A stretch of DNA of 64,000 nucleotides from Balanoglossus misakiensis (Eukaryota > Animalia > Hemichordata), in contig CM082592.2 of the NCBI GenBank assembly GCA_040954595.2, positions 1,922,001-1,986,000 on the forward strand, in the 5' to 3' direction. Numbering within the stretch: position 1 is the stretch's first letter; each line of letters starts with the position of its first letter. This document shows, piece by piece, positions 1 to 13,875 of this stretch. A program made the translations under genes and the position numbers. Below the pieces are notes generated by a model, which made no database searches, had not been told where the DNA came from, and was given only the letters and a program-made list of their open reading frames with translations.

Positions 1-2559
1 GCTGGAAAAGTAAACGCACCACAGCACGTTGGAACTATAACTAAATGGTGAATTTTACCGCAGAACGCACAAACTGCACGACGTACGGGAGAGGGGGGGG
101 GGAGTTGTGAAATTTAAGTTGACATCAATTTAGTCTGAAAAATAATGAGTCGCTCTCGCTGATATGTCCACCAACAAAAATCATTTACTTATTATTCATT
201 CTGGCGAATGGCGTGTCCGGCAGCATTTTCCGTGACCCAGACGACAAATCGATACTCACCTTGAGTACCGCCCTCAGCACGTGTAACCGTTTCACACCCG
301 CAGCCGCTTACCAAATTTCAGACCAATTTACTGAGATATCGATGATACACACAGACACTTCATGCAACGTAAGTTCGCATACGTGAGACTACGAGAGCTG
401 AATTGGATGGACCATATATCATCCGATCATCAATATGCACCTTTCGTATATCATTATAATGTGGGGGTGTCATTTTATCATATACCATGTAATGGGCATA
501 TATGGTGCATACAGTAAATAACGGGAATTCGCCTGCCAGCACATAGGCCGACTAATTTTGAGAATGTCGCTATAGCGGCGTAGTATTACAGATATTACAC
601 ATATGTTAGGATTAACCTACATCTATGATATACAATACCGTGATATGCAATATCTACGGATCCTGCGCAGGAAATAGTAATGGTAACCATGGTAATTACT
701 ATACATCTATAATAACCCAATTGCAAGTAAATACCACGCATCACCTATCGGAAGCATGCATGATTTCTCTAAGTGCCTAACGACACTCGTGCCAATTCCT
801 AATTAAAATTTCCCATGTGTGCTATGCTTAACTGTTTTCACATCGCATATCACTTGTATTATGTTTCCTATATGTGTATTAGTTTGGGGTAAGAATTTTG
901 CTCGATAAGACGTAATTTACGACTTTACCTTGGGTTCACCGCCGCCTGAGGGCGGCGTATTATCATGATTATGTTAGACAATGCAGACACGATGCCAAAG
1001 ACAAGGACACGACACGTATAGACAAATGTGTTTTACTTTTCACTTAATGTGTCATATTCCAAGTATACCTTTTTGCCATAGAGCTGTGTTTTTATGCACG
1101 TTGGAAAATTGTGTCAAATTAAATCGCAACTTCTATGTCGCGCAGATGGTATTGTGCGTGCCTTACAGGAACTGAAATAAAAATGTGTACCATTGTACTT
1201 CTTTTCAACATGTTTTTTTTTTTCAATTACTACGTCATTTACTTCTTCTACCCCCTGGGCTCAAATTTGTTGTTTCGTTCTGTAGACACTGTTCCAAGCA
1301 TCTAATACACCAACAAGATGTCGATGTCACGTACATGTATCGTCATGGTCGGTTTGAAGTATTTGTTGATTGCCGGGTTAGCTTGTCCGATTTATATTCT
1401 TTGCAAGGAGTCCATGACCGTACACAACTGTAGTGTCAACATAGCCCAATCTTTCATGTGTATTTCATGTGAGGACTTAATAATTATGAAAAGTGTTACA
1501 AAATCAATGAAACAAACGATTTGCGTCAATTTCACAACGGTCGTGTACCACACACACAATACAAACACACTGCAGTTGACAGACCCTTCCTTCAGTTTTG
1601 TGACCTTGGTAATTAATTATTTAATGAAATCTGAAGACATGTTTACTTGGATAACACAGCCCGGTATTGCTTTTGAAGTCGAACCGAAATCAATGACAAA
1701 CAGTGGACGCCCAAAACATTGAAACATACTTCGTGACAAACTCAGTCTTGGCCCTGTAAATGCTAGACCCCGGCCAACAGGTAAAAAAAACAATTACACG
1801 TTGGATTCATGCACGTGTGCGGAAATCGTGGAGCTGGTCACGAAGTGTAAATCACTACATATCATTTGCATTCAGAAAGTACTGGAAAGAAATTTTACCC
1901 TAAAACTTTTCTCTATCATGTTATATCGTATATCATGCTATACCACTGCGTCCGTAATGATGGTAACGGTGGGGATATAAGGGACTTGCAGGCATACATG
2001 TACGTCATCCTATATTTTCGCGGTACCGCCGGCAAGCAGACCAACTGCTTGGAAAATGATTAATTCCACGGTAAGTTTTGAAGATGAAAGCCACCCAAAG
2101 TTCCGTTGCGTGGCCGGGCGAAGAAGTATCAATTGTCGCCGCCCCCCCCCCAACTCAGTGCCATGGATATGCATTATGACACCATTTTCTCTGGATATGA
2201 AAAACGTGAAATTCGAGAGATATAACATCTCTATTGAGTAGCTGTTACCTTGAAGTACTTAATACAGGTACATGTAACAAATATTGACCAACCTTTCTAC
2301 TGAAAACGAATCAAGCGACTTCCATAAACGCTAATTGCTTCGCAGTATTTTTTCCTATAATTGTCGGGGCAGTCAAAGTGAGTAATTTAAGTAGGATTCT
2401 GACATTTCACGACCATTTCGCGTTACATGCATGTACAAACCAACTGCAATATCATCTGATTATTCTAAAAGAGAACGAGCAATTCCATTGGCACGTATAA
2501 CAACACCAGTCTATCCCTGGGGCTCTTGTCAATACTTATAGTGCCACGTTGCCAATTAA

Positions 2560-2907
2560 AGGGACAAAGTCTCTCTCTCGCTGCCTTTTTTTCCATTAAT
2601 TATGTTTGATACAATACACTGTTTATGTTAATGTACATGTGGATATATAGTGAATCAACGTTCAACCACACAAAACTTCCTTCCCACTTGTATGATATGA
2701 GAGTAAAAACTCGCCCAAAATGAATAAATGGTAAAGAACGATTATTCATTTTGGCGAGTTTTTTCACTCTCCTGTCTATAAGAGGTATGGAAGTTGTGTG
2801 TGGTTGAACGTTCATTCACTATATATCCACATGCAGAATAACAAACGGTGTCTTGTATCAAATATAATTAATGGAAAAAAGGGCAGCGAGAGACAGACTT
2901 TGTCCCT
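2560..2907. mobile_element. Kolobok-like non-autonomous DNA transposon (MITE)
   Basis: ~75-bp imperfect TIRs AGGGACAAAGTCTCTCTCTCGCTGCC... / ...GGCAGCGAGAGACAGACTTTGTCCCT, flanked by TTAA at 2556-2559 and 2908-2911. RR..YY termini with TTAA fit Kolobok. Confidence 0.8.
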
Positions 2908-3240
2908 TTAATAGCGAGAACTTCCAACAGAGGAAATAAAAAATGGGTTCAGTGTATGTCTTTTATATGTCAATGTGACCACACATTGTTCATGACGATT
3001 GGTATTATAAAAGTTGCATTTGTTATTTTCAAATGACATTCATCGCTGCATATATATCCTTGCTCAAAGTGTATCTATCTGTACTCGGTTTTGAATTGCC
3101 CACACTCGTTCTTAAATGTTGTATTTCATCTTGAAAGACATCATTACCATAAAGAGGTCACCATTTATGAGTAAAGAAGCATCACCCTCTATTTGCTCAC
3201 TTTTGAGATCCGCGCATGCGCGTGGCACGGAGGCCAGTAA

Positions 3241-4283
3241 GGGACCGTTCAGTTTTTACGGCCGGGGGGAGCGGCAAAATCCAGGGGGGGGGGTCACTTA
3301 ATTTTTTAAGTCCGAAAGGAGGGTCATCTGTATTTTTTAAACGTTTAGGGGGGGTCACATACTTTTGCCACCGAACTTTTGCTTTTGAGTCCACAAAATT
3401 GCAGTTTCGCGCCCCCTCCCACACCCACCCCCTTCATTCTCCGCCACATTTCGTTTTGGGCTGCTTTGTCTAGTGTACCAAGGCAGAGTGCTTGCCACCC
3501 TAACCCATATGATGATAATATTTAACAAAGTAAATACATAAAGGAGAATAAACCATTTCGCATAGCTGATAGTTTCGTGCTGCATCTTCTATATACTAGA
3601 AGTTTTATAAATGATGTCATGACGAAGATGACGCCAAATCTTCTAACTTTGAGTGGAGTGATAAAAAGTAAAATTGGTCCTCCCAAACATTGAGATAATT
3701 TGCTTTTGAGTTCATAAAAATGCACCCCCTCCATTCTTCGCCACATATCATTTATTCGCTGGTTTGTCTTGTGTACCAGGGCAGACTTCTTCCCACCCCG
3801 TCCCGATGCTTACTTTGAGTGGAGTGGCAAAATTAAAATTAGTCCTGCCTAACATTCAGTTAATTTGCTTATGAGTTCATTAAAATGCAACTTTGAGCAC
3901 CGTATTTTACAAAATTTTCTCTACCCCCGCCACTTTTCTTGTTTTACCAATTCTAGCAACTATTGTATTGAAATGTCATTTTATTTTGTTCATAGATTTC
4001 TTTATTGCAACGATATACTATTATATACTTCAATTACTTTAAGAAATTTATAATTGAGGTGTGAGGAGCCTCATTCCCTTTATTGCATACAGTGTACATG
4101 TAGGATCAGGCAGCGAAAGTTTTCAGCGTGGGGGGGGGGGGTCATCATATTTGTGGGTCTGTCAAATGGGGGGTCATCGTTTTTTGGTGCTGGGTGAAGG
4201 GGGGGGGGGTCGGCTTGATTTTGAAAAACGGTGACACAAACTTGCCGCCCCCCCCCCTCCAGCCGTAAAAACTGAACGGTCCC
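3241..4283. mobile_element. PIF/Harbinger-type MITE, family A (copy 1)
   Basis: TIR GGGACCGTTCAGTTTTTACGGC / GCCGTAAAAACTGAACGGTCCC; TAA on both sides (3238-3240, 4284-4286); related copies at 35213 and 50248. Confidence 0.92.
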
Positions 4284-6021
4284 TAATCACAATCACGACG
4301 AATTTTACCTCCGCAACCGGTCGGAAAAGAATGAAGACGTCAATGGCAATCTGTATGTGAAGAGAAAGCAACACAACGTACGCTCCGGAAACGCCGGGAT
4401 GAGACGCTGATCGAAATCGTACAGTCGGAAATCGGTATAGATAGAAGATAAAATCATAAATGCGAACCCCACCGATCCGTCCAACGCAAATACGCTCCCT
4501 TAATGAACCAACAACACCAGCGCAGAGAACTTCAAGGCGTCGGACAATAGCAGCACAATAATTACAAAGGTTCTTCCGATCCATTACCCCAAAGAAAAAA
4601 AACCCCACACATTAATCTACGCACACTTCTTTTGCTCGGGTCAAACGCGCTGTCAATATATCTTTATTGCAATGTTTATCCCAGTGTTCGGCTCCTCATA
4701 AGATGCACGCATTAATTCCGACACCAACTCACGTTTCCATATATCTTCTTTTCTTCAAATTTTCCTTTTGAAAGTACCCTACAGCGAAGGAACAATAACG
4801 TTTCGCGCCAGCAATGAGATACGTGATCGGTAGGGGCCTATGACATTTTTTTGACACTTGACACAATTTCCTAATTGTATCGCGTCCCCAGATGTCATCA
4901 TGTCCCTTTTGTGCTTGACTTCTCGTTATGCATGTTTTGTCGTAACCGTGTTAATCTTTGATTGTCACGATTTTTCTATTACTGCTTCGATTATAGCTAG
5001 GCCTGAACTGCACTGCCGAGAAGGTTCCCGCCCGCGCGTCCCTGAAGCGATTTGCGAATTTCACGTTCTAAATTATTACTGAAGCCTGTTTAGCGACCCA
5101 ACACGTACATATCCGTTGAAAGGTATCGATACTGAATATTTGAATTGGTGAAACGTGTCTATGAGATTCAGTATCCATACCATTTCATATAACGGAAAGA
5201 TTGACAGTACATAACCAAAGATTCTTTGTCTCAAGTTGTAGCTTAAATGAGCAGTGTTATTTTCCCTATTTCCCAAGCGACAAGTTTCTTCACTTGGACA
5301 CAGACAAAACCATTAAATGTGAGTGTTGATATTGAAAAGACTAAATCACAGCTGCATTTCGCAGAATCTATTCTGCGTTTTGCAGAACCCTGATCCAAGA
5401 TGGAGCCGTAAATGATACTATCTCCTAACTGCTCACAATAACCATATTAAAGTTGTAGATAATGGCCATTTTCCCCTTACTTCCATTTACATTGTGAGCA
5501 TTACCTTGGGTCCCGGAACACTAGTAATTTCAGGAAAAATGAGGTGACACGGATGCCCCATCTCATTATCTTGCAACCAGTGCCCACATGCCTTTGGCTA
5601 AGAAGTAAGCATTCAAAAATTTACCAGATATATTAAATATAATTCGTGCGCGTGAAATGGAACCTCGTTTGGGTCAAGGTAACAGAGGCGTAGAATACCA
5701 GCACTCCGGTCCATCTTGACTGATAATGTATAGTGGTAAATCATATATCTCTATGATTGGCATCGTCTTTGATAATAAATATGGCTTTGAAAAATCTATC
5801 TATGCAGCTCCACCCGATTGCTATACTAACATATAGGGGTATACTCCTCACTGCCCATGTATCACCGACTTGTACAGAGTCACAAATAATAGCTCTTTAT
5901 TTCCTATCGAGCAGCTGTGCGCGGAACCGCCTTGTCAAGTATTATCAAGGAATCCAAGTGATTTTTAGGTCCCATTGGTATAGGCATATATACCATGGGA
6001 CCTTATGGGATGGGTTGCGTC

Positions 6022-6110
6022 TGTATGTATGTATGTATGTATGTATGGATGGATGGATGGATGTATGTATGTATGTATGTATGTATGTATGGATGTATGT
6101 CTGTATGTCC
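6022..6110. repeat. (TGTA)n/(TGGA)n microsatellite
   Basis: Directly visible tetranucleotide repeat. Confidence 0.95.
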
Positions 6111-6146
6111 GTCCACATCAAAAACTCGAAAACCGCTGCGCGTATC

Positions 6147-8562
6147 TATGGGGTGAGATCCCCGCCAAAACTATAATAATTCGATTAATGCTTTTTGCTA
6201 ACTAGTATTATTGACAATTTTTATAATTATTTGCTAAACACTTTATATTTGCAGAGATAGGTGCTGATTATTAGCAAGTATGTGCTCAATTATAAGCAGG
6301 TAAACGATTTAGCGCTGAATTTTTCAAAGCTTTATGATTATGTGCCGCATTATTAGTAGGTAAAATATTTGATGCTGAATTATTTTAGCAGCGTTATGAT
6401 AAGGTGCCGCATTATTAGTAGGTGAAAAATTTGGTGCTGAATTATTTTAGCAGCTTTATGATTAGGTGACAAATTATTAGTAGGTAAAATATTTAATGCT
6501 GAATTATTTTAGCAGCGTTATGATTAGGTGCCGCATTATTAGTAGGTGAAAAATTTGGTGCTGAATTATTTTAGCAGCTTTATGATTAGGTGCCGCATTA
6601 TTAGTAGGTAAAATATTTGATGCTGAATTATTTTAGCAGCGTTATTATTAGGTGTCGAATTATTAGTAGGTGAAAAATTTGGTGCTGAATTATTAGCAGC
6701 TTTATGATTAGGTGCTAAATTAAAGTACGTTGATCTTGGCTTGGGCGCGGGCGCAACAAATCTCTGGCGATTTTTTCCTGAATTGTTTTGATGGGGTGTC
6801 GCTATATAGGCCCTAAGGCGTCTGTGGCCTTACATGACCTTTTGGCAAGTGCGTGATAGCCCAGGACCATGTGTTCTGAAGCATGGGGATTTCACCTAAC
6901 TAAAATCCCACCTAATGTTGAACCTAAAAAAAGGGCTTTTTAACAAAATCGTTCGACCATTTTTCCGTCATTACTTATGTTTTCCGAATGTTTTTATATT
7001 TAATTTGAATTGTTATTATATTAATACCGATTGAATATTATTTCCTCATTTTATAGCGCTTTTAGCTATTTTTTTAGGTTCAACATTAGGTGGGATTTTA
7101 GTTAGGTTAGATCCCCATGCTTTATAACACATGTTCCTGGGCTAGCACTCACTTGCCAAGAAAATGGCGGACAACACGGGTGTGCCAAGAGATTTCAGCG
7201 AAGCCATAAATTCATGTAAAAAAATGTTCACCAGTGCTTTTGTGAAATATTTAATTTTGATTCTTGTGTCTACGCTATTTTTGAGGATTTCGCCTGAAAG
7301 ATGGCGACCTAGATAGAGCATGTAGATCGAAGGTGTTCATCGAGAGCCAAGGTTTCTCAGTGACGGTGATCACCTGACTTGTCTAGATCACAGCGACACG
7401 CACCCCCAAAAGACATACATGTACATGTACTAGTATACTCAGTTAGACAGTTACATGTAAACAACGCCGTTGAAATTTGATGCGGACGCCCGGGAAGTAT
7501 ACAGGCACTTGAAATGGATGCCGCCCGCCCATGTCCTCGCCCCTCGCTGCTCCTAGCAGACCCCCCCCCATTCGCTCTCCCCTGTGACAGCACAAGTCCA
7601 CGAGCACCTGTGCCCTCGCTCTGCTATCCTAGCAGGCGAAATCCTAAAAAATAGCGTAGACGCCAGAATCAAAATTAAATATTTCACAAAAGCACTGGTG
7701 AAAAAAATTTTCTTGTTGACCTGGTAGCAAGTTTGACTCGTGCTTTCTTGTTTTGAATTGACGGGATATCCAAACAGCGTATTTGACCCCAAAATTTACA
7801 TTTGAAAAGAAAAGGTCGTGATTTTCTTAACAAAAGGCGGGGAAATGGGTGAGTGGCGCGGCTTTCCGGGCGCGTCATTGGTCAGATCGCGTTCTACATA
7901 TTAATGATTTGTTAATTTTTATGCTAATAAGCAACTCCTAATGTAGGTCACGACTGAATAATTTAGCACCTAATCATTCAGCACCAAATTGTTCACCTAC
8001 TAATAATGCGGCACCTAATAATAACGCTGCTAAAATAATTCAGCATCAAATATTTTACCTACTAATAATTCGGCACCTAATCATAAAGCTGCTAATAATT
8101 CAGCACCAAATGTTTCACCTACTAATAATGCGGCACCTAATCATAACGCTGCTAAAATAATTCAGCATCAAATAGTTTACCTACTAATAATTCGGCACCT
8201 AATCATAAAGCTGCTAATAATTCAGCATCAAATATTTTACCTACTAATAATTCGGCACCTAATCATAAAGCTGCTAATAATTCAGCATCAAATATTTTAC
8301 CTACTAATAATTCGGCACCTAATCATAAAGCTGCTAATAATTCAGCATCAAATATTTTACCTACTAATAATTCGGCACCTAATTATAAAGCTTTGAAAAA
8401 TTCAGCGCAAAATCGTTTACCTGCTTATAATTGAGCACATAATTGCTAATAATATATGCAAATATAAAATGTTTAGCAAATAATGATAAAAATAGTCAAT
8501 AATACTAAATAGCAAAAAGCTTTAATCGAATTATTTAATTTTGGCGGGGATCTCACCCCATA
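6147..8562. mobile_element. Long-TIR (foldback-like) non-autonomous DNA transposon, IS3EU-like termini
   Basis: Termini TATGGGGTGAGATCCC..GGGATCTCACCCCATA; 6-bp TSD CGTATC (6141-6146, 8563-8568); ~570-600-bp TIRs built of ~30/60-bp tandem subrepeats. TAY..RTA ends with a 6-bp TSD fit IS3EU. Confidence 0.8.
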
Positions 8563-8964
8563 CGTATCACCTCAATATTTGGTGTGTAGGTGCAGGCTGG
8601 GCTGTAGATGGGAGTTTGTCCAAACGAAGTTGCCAGGCCCAAAAATATGCAAATTAGCTTGTAAAATGTGAAATTGATCAAAACTCTGTAAGTCAACAAT
8701 TACTGGTCAGATTGCTTTGAAAATTGGTATGCATGTACCTTATGTCAACCTCACACCGACCTGTAAGTGTTAAGTTGATATCATGGATGTTTTTTTTTAT
8801 GAATTTTTTAGTCTTTTTATTAAATTTATACCTTTACTTATACCTCTGTGGTTAAGCTATGTCCACGGCTTATTGTGGAATTCTGGTCTGTGCAATAGTC
8901 CTGTACAGTGACTGTCTATTGGTCAGTGAGCACAATGGGGCCAAAATAAAAGGCAAATTTTTGG

Positions 8965-9865
8965 GCTCACCTGTAACACCTGCTTAACACATTAATTATG
9001 TGCATACCTAATTCCGGGCTAACTAATAGGGCTAGAGGTTTCGTTCTTGTGGGACATGGACCAGTATAGGTTAAAAATTTCTTGCCCAAATTTTGGGTGA
9101 CCTCAGGTGACCTTTGACCTACTTTACTATATCTCAGCATCCAGAGCAGGTACAGACTTGGCGTTTGGAGGGTTGGGACTAAAATTGAAAAGCCAAAATA
9201 TGGGTCACCTGTGACACCTGCATATCTCATTAATTATGTGCATACCTAATTCCAGGCTAACCAATAGGGCAATAGGTTTGGTTTTTGTTGAACATGGACC
9301 AGTATAGGGTCAACATTTCTTGCCCAAATTTTGCATGACCTCAGGTGACCTTTGACCTACTTTTCCATATCTTGGCATCCAGAGCAGGTACAGACTTGGC
9401 GTTTGGAGGGTTGGCACTAAAATTGAAAAGCCAAAATTGGGGGTCACCTGTGACACCTGCATATCTCATTAATTATGTGCATACCTAATTCCAGGCTAAC
9501 CAATAGGGCTATAGGTTTGGTTTTTGTTGAACATGGACCAGTATAGGGCCAAAATTTCTTGCCCAAATTTTGCATGACCTTAGGTGACCTTTGACCTACT
9601 TTACCATATCTTGGCATCCAGAGCAGGTACAGACTTGGCGTTTGGAGGGTTGGCACTACAATTGAAAAGCCAAAATTGGGGGTCACCTGTGACACCTGCA
9701 TATCTCATTAATTATGTGCATACCTAATTCCAGGTTAACCAATAAGGCTATAGGTTTGGTTTTTGTTGAACATGGACCAGTATAGGGTCAAAATTTCTTG
9801 CCCAAATTTTGCATGACCTCAGGTGACCTTTGACCTACTTTTCCATATCTTGGCATCCAGAGCAG
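8965..9865. repeat. 239-bp tandem repeat, ~3.8 copies
   Basis: GTCACCTGTGACACCTGCATATCTCATT recurs at 9204, 9443 and 9682, with a variant at ~8965. Confidence 0.95.
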
Positions 9866-9992
9866 ATATGCTTATTGCTATGTTGCTATGTGCTATGTCC
9901 TCAAATTGGACCACAGTGTCCTTGACGCTATTTTTAAGTTAATATTATCGAAGATTGTACCTGGTTTATTTATTGTTTGACCTAGAATGTTC

Positions 9993-9995
<3 letters not shown>

Positions 9996-10059
<64 letters not shown>
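9996..10059. repeat. (GAT)n microsatellite
   Basis: Perfect trinucleotide run. Confidence 0.97.
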
Positions 10060-10209
10060 TATTTCTATGGATATGGACTACCCCATGGGATCACTCCACG
10101 CAATTTTCACAAATTATCATTAAAAATTATAATTACAAAACTTATGAATGTGACATAATGGGAAATGTACAATATATTTAGGAAAGCTGGTACATTGATT
10201 TTTCTGATC

Positions 10210-11407
10210 TCAAAATATAGAATATAGTCTGAAGACTTTCGCTAAGTGCAAAGGTAGAGAAGGTTTCTCCAAAATACATATACTTGAAACAAATGTAAAT
10301 GTCACATGTGTATTTTCATCAGTGTTGATTACCGGAGTCCGCTCTACTTTAGGTAAACACCCGCCAGGTCCATTTTTATATATTACCGGCCTTACAGGAT
10401 TCATCCTGAAAGTCTTCAAGACGGCGAGCTGAAAACCACTGTCAGTCCACGCGTAGACGAAGGGGTTCAGTGCTCCATTCAGCAGATAGATGTACACTGT
10501 TATACGCTGCAATGTGACGTGTTCGTACCCGGGATCAATTGTGTACGCCACGAAGCTGGGTACATGGTTGACAACAAAGTACGCCACGATCGCGCCTGTC
10601 ACCTGCGCCAGCTTGATCTCTCTGCTCGGTAGAGTGGATCGCCTCTGCGGGATTACGGCGGACGTTCTCACGTTGTCGCCACGCGCAGTCGTCGTCGGTA
10701 GCACTCTCAGACGTTATGCCCTCACGTACGTGAAAATCTTGATGTAGCAAAAAGCGATGACAAACAGTGGCACTGGCAAGAACGTAAGCACAAGGAGAGC
10801 GACATACAGTGAACTCGGAGCCATCCACGTTGCAAATGTCCAGAGTGGAGTCGTACGCCCTCCTGCCAATGCCGCACGCTGTGAGGGTGTTGGGCAGCAG
10901 TATGGCGGTCAGCCAAACCAGCACCAGCTGGTGGACAAATTTGCGTCCACTGTACACTGAGCGATAGAAGGAAATCGTCTGGGTGATATGCACGCATCTG
11001 TTGACTGCGATCGCCACGAGTAGCAGTATTGTCAGGACGGCCAGCGCATGACTGACAGCGCTAAGCACCCTGCAGAGTACATCGGGAAAGGGCCACATGT
11101 CGAGGGATATGGCGACAACATCCACGGGCAGAACGCAGAAGCAGTGGATGAAATTGGCCAGCGCCAAGTTGGCAATGAGCAGTCTCACCTTTGTCCTCAG
11201 TGGCGTGTAAAAGGCAGTAGCATAGACGACCAGAGCGTTGCCAAAGCTACCCAGAATGGCCGCAAGCGACAGAAGCAATGCTTCGGGTATCCTTTCGCGT
11301 AAATCAACCATTTCTACCCGTTTTGTCGCATTGTTCATTGCTAATTCACCCTCTGCTAGGACCGAGCTCTGAATTTCACTTTCTTCGGACCAGTTGTGAG
11401 ATTCCAT
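10210..11407 (-). pseudogene. Intronless rhodopsin-family (class A) GPCR pseudogene, melatonin-receptor/Moody-Tre1-like NRx subgroup
   Basis: TM1 GN (FGNALVV), TM2 ANLALAN, WPF..C in ECL1, TM3 AIAVNRC and TM4 W in ORF 10535-11443. TM5 (LYVALLVLTFLPVPLFVIAFCYIKIF) lies in another frame after ~10815 and is followed by in-frame TAA at 10714-10716. TM6 and TM7 (LNPFVY) are in ORF 10210-10704. Confidence 0.88.
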
Positions 11408-13068
11408 ACTTCTTGCACCTAAACACCAAGATAGGGTTGCCAAGGTATTTTATGATTTAGTGCGAAAGCTTTCACGACGCTGGTTCCAACTGGCTCAAAG
11501 ATAAACTATGAAAATGTGAACAATAAATTAATTCCAAAAAACACGATGAAACGTTTATCACTTGATGTATCGCTCACTCGCGAATTCACTCACTCGTTCA
11601 TTCAAGCTGGTATACTTTCATGTATTTACGACAGAAGTAATCATTTTCAAGTTCAAGGCCAGGTTGACCTGCCACATGAAGCAACATGAATTGAGAGAGC
11701 AACTTGGAAAAGGAGAATACATACTCAGTCCCTTGCATTGGCTGAATGGATTTCGATGTTATTGTGACGCAAACAAAAGAGAGAAAACCAACATGTAGAT
11801 CGTAAGCAACGGGAACCTACCTTTCCCCGGTAACGATTGAGGCGAGCCGTGTGTACAGCTTCTCAGACTTTGATTCCAAGCATTTCGGCAACAGCGAACA
11901 TGTATATATCCGAACCTTGGGATAGTGACGTTGAAAATAATTCAAATACTAGTGTATTTGAATAATTCTGGCCGAATGGCGTGTTTTACCAGGGCGGTAT
12001 ATTTTGTACGGAAAAAGAAGACGTATTTTGTAAAGCGTATCCGTTGAGGGCGTCGTCTTTATCTCCCAAGCAACATTTACGCCAAATGATGATAATGTAC
12101 GCAAGGGAACTTATTAAAATGAGCCATAATTATACTAACATACAACAAAAATTATATTGTGATCGAGTTTGTTAAGGCAGCTTTTCTGAGACAATGCATG
12201 CGTGATTGTTTGAAAGAATTAAAGAAAAAAACAGCGATTGATTCGGCAATCTTATTCTGTCGTTTCTCGAGATAAATATAATACTAATTATCTCCAGATA
12301 TCGAGCCAAAAAATATAGATTACATAATTACATAAGCTAACATAATTATCTCAGGATAAAAATAATACATTACAGAAAGGAACAAAATTATCTCGAGATC
12401 TCAAGATAAAACATACTGGAAACGAACAAAATATCACGTGATCTTGACTCGGAGGAAAAAAATACATTACAGATTTACAGGAAACGAAACTGAATTAATT
12501 GCAGATAATTAGATTACTTGTTATAAGTACATAAATAATTGTCAGTAAAGATGTATGTCATCGCGTGCATCTGGTAAAATTGCTATCGGAAAACTTTGAG
12601 GCGCCAAACAGGCGCTGTTGGGCGCAAACTTGTCAAAATTGGTCGGTAATAGTGAACAGACGACTGAAGTCCGCCTGAAGCTAATGATTATTGAGTCGGA
12701 TATAAAAATCTCAAATCTCAAATGACGCTTGAAAATGTCACAAATACCAATATCTAGCAAAAATCGTGATAACAAGGTTAATTCGATCCATTTGAGATGT
12801 TGTTCGACCGTACGCGGACTTTAGCGCTTATCCAAGCGTCCTGCCCAGGTCGCATTCGGGTCAACGAAACGCGCCCCATTTAGATTTTGACCAGATATCC
12901 ATGGGGATGATAAACCAAAAACCCCACAATTTAGCAGCAACTCTAACGCTAGTACAGTTGGTGCGGTGACCTCGCTACCGCATCGATATCCTATCGATGC
13001 TGGAGCAATCGTGAGCAATAGAATAACACATAAGCCGCGATAACTGTAAACCGTGACAGTGTACAGAG

Positions 13069-13123
13069 ATGAAGTTAACACTGTCAGTCATGCTGTGGTA
13101 TATTGTTTTGATCATATTTGAAG
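13069..13123 (+). CDS. Ig-superfamily receptor exon 1 (signal peptide)
   Basis: ATG MKLTLSVMLWYIVLIIFE, then G|gtgagt phase-1 donor, in frame with the next exon. Confidence 0.75.
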
Positions 13124-13420
13124 GTGAGTTAAATGTGAACTTCAGTCTGATTTACACCAACTGCAAGCGCATCGTGCGCACAGCTGGTTTAGTTGTATGC
13201 GGGCTTTGGTATCGTTTTCCGCGGACCACCGGGGCACCACTACCTGACCCGTCGACTGCCTGAGAGAACAGGCAAAACGTAAAGAATTTGAGTCGATGAC
13301 GGTTTTCTAGTGTATTGTGTAAATTTAGTCCCTGCGAGCACAAACGTTAAGTGAACCCTCACCAAGCATCATCTATAACACGTGTGTTGTTGTTTTTTGC
13401 GTTGCTTGTATGTATTTTAG

Positions 13421-13732
13421 GGACACTGATTCCTTTGAGCTCGCCCCAAGTCACATTCAGGGAAACACCACAGGACACCATCGTCGCCGCTGACGACAAC
13501 GCGCAGCTCAACTGTAGCTTTGACAAGCTGGAGACCATTGTGGAATGGAGAGATTCGACGAACGGTATATCTTTGGGACGCACATCATTTAAGGAGAGGT
13601 TCGAGGTTGTTGGTGACGCCGGCGCCGATGAGTACCATCTCCGGATAAATGATACAATTCTTGATGACGATGACCAGTACGAGTGTGGAGTTTACGGTGG
13701 TGCCAAGGAATATGCATATCTCTATGTCCTGG
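13421..13732 (+). CDS. Ig exon 1 (V-type, nephrin/Kirrel-like N-terminal domain)
   Basis: ttttag acceptor and G|gtatgt donor; FRETPQD..LNC..VEW..EYHLRI..DDDQYEC. Confidence 0.88.
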
Positions 13733-13875
13733 GTATGTCTCCAGCAATTCAACTCGTTACTTTTTGCATCGTTGAGAACCTATAGGTATAAGTAAGCGAA
13801 TACAAATGGTTTACTGATGACATATATCTGCATATGCGTAGCTAATAAACGCCAATTTCTCCTTACACGACCCAG

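Larger units (their letters stand above)
5961..9936. mobile_element. Putative Helentron-associated (HINE/DINE-1-like) non-autonomous element, interrupted by the 6147-8562 insertion
   Basis: T-run plus terminal hairpin GGTCCCATTGGTATA..TATACCATGGGACC (5968-6002), then a (TGTA)n/(TGGA)n microsatellite, an internal 239-bp tandem array, and a short GGAC..GTCC stem before a T-run near 9910-9936. Boundaries are approximate. Confidence 0.45.

Noticed and set aside
240-360. Possible first exon of a - strand gene (AAG|GTGAGT donor near 259)
   Set aside because: Only a splice-like motif; no ORF or other support within the window.
3116-4608. G/P-rich ORFs over MITEs (also 35378-36387 and 50167-52481)
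   Set aside because: They arise from G/C tracts of non-coding MITEs and show no transposase motifs.
6340-9865. CRISPR-like repeat arrays (also 39900-40168)
   Set aside because: Contiguous tandem repeats without unique spacers, in a eukaryotic context with no cas genes.
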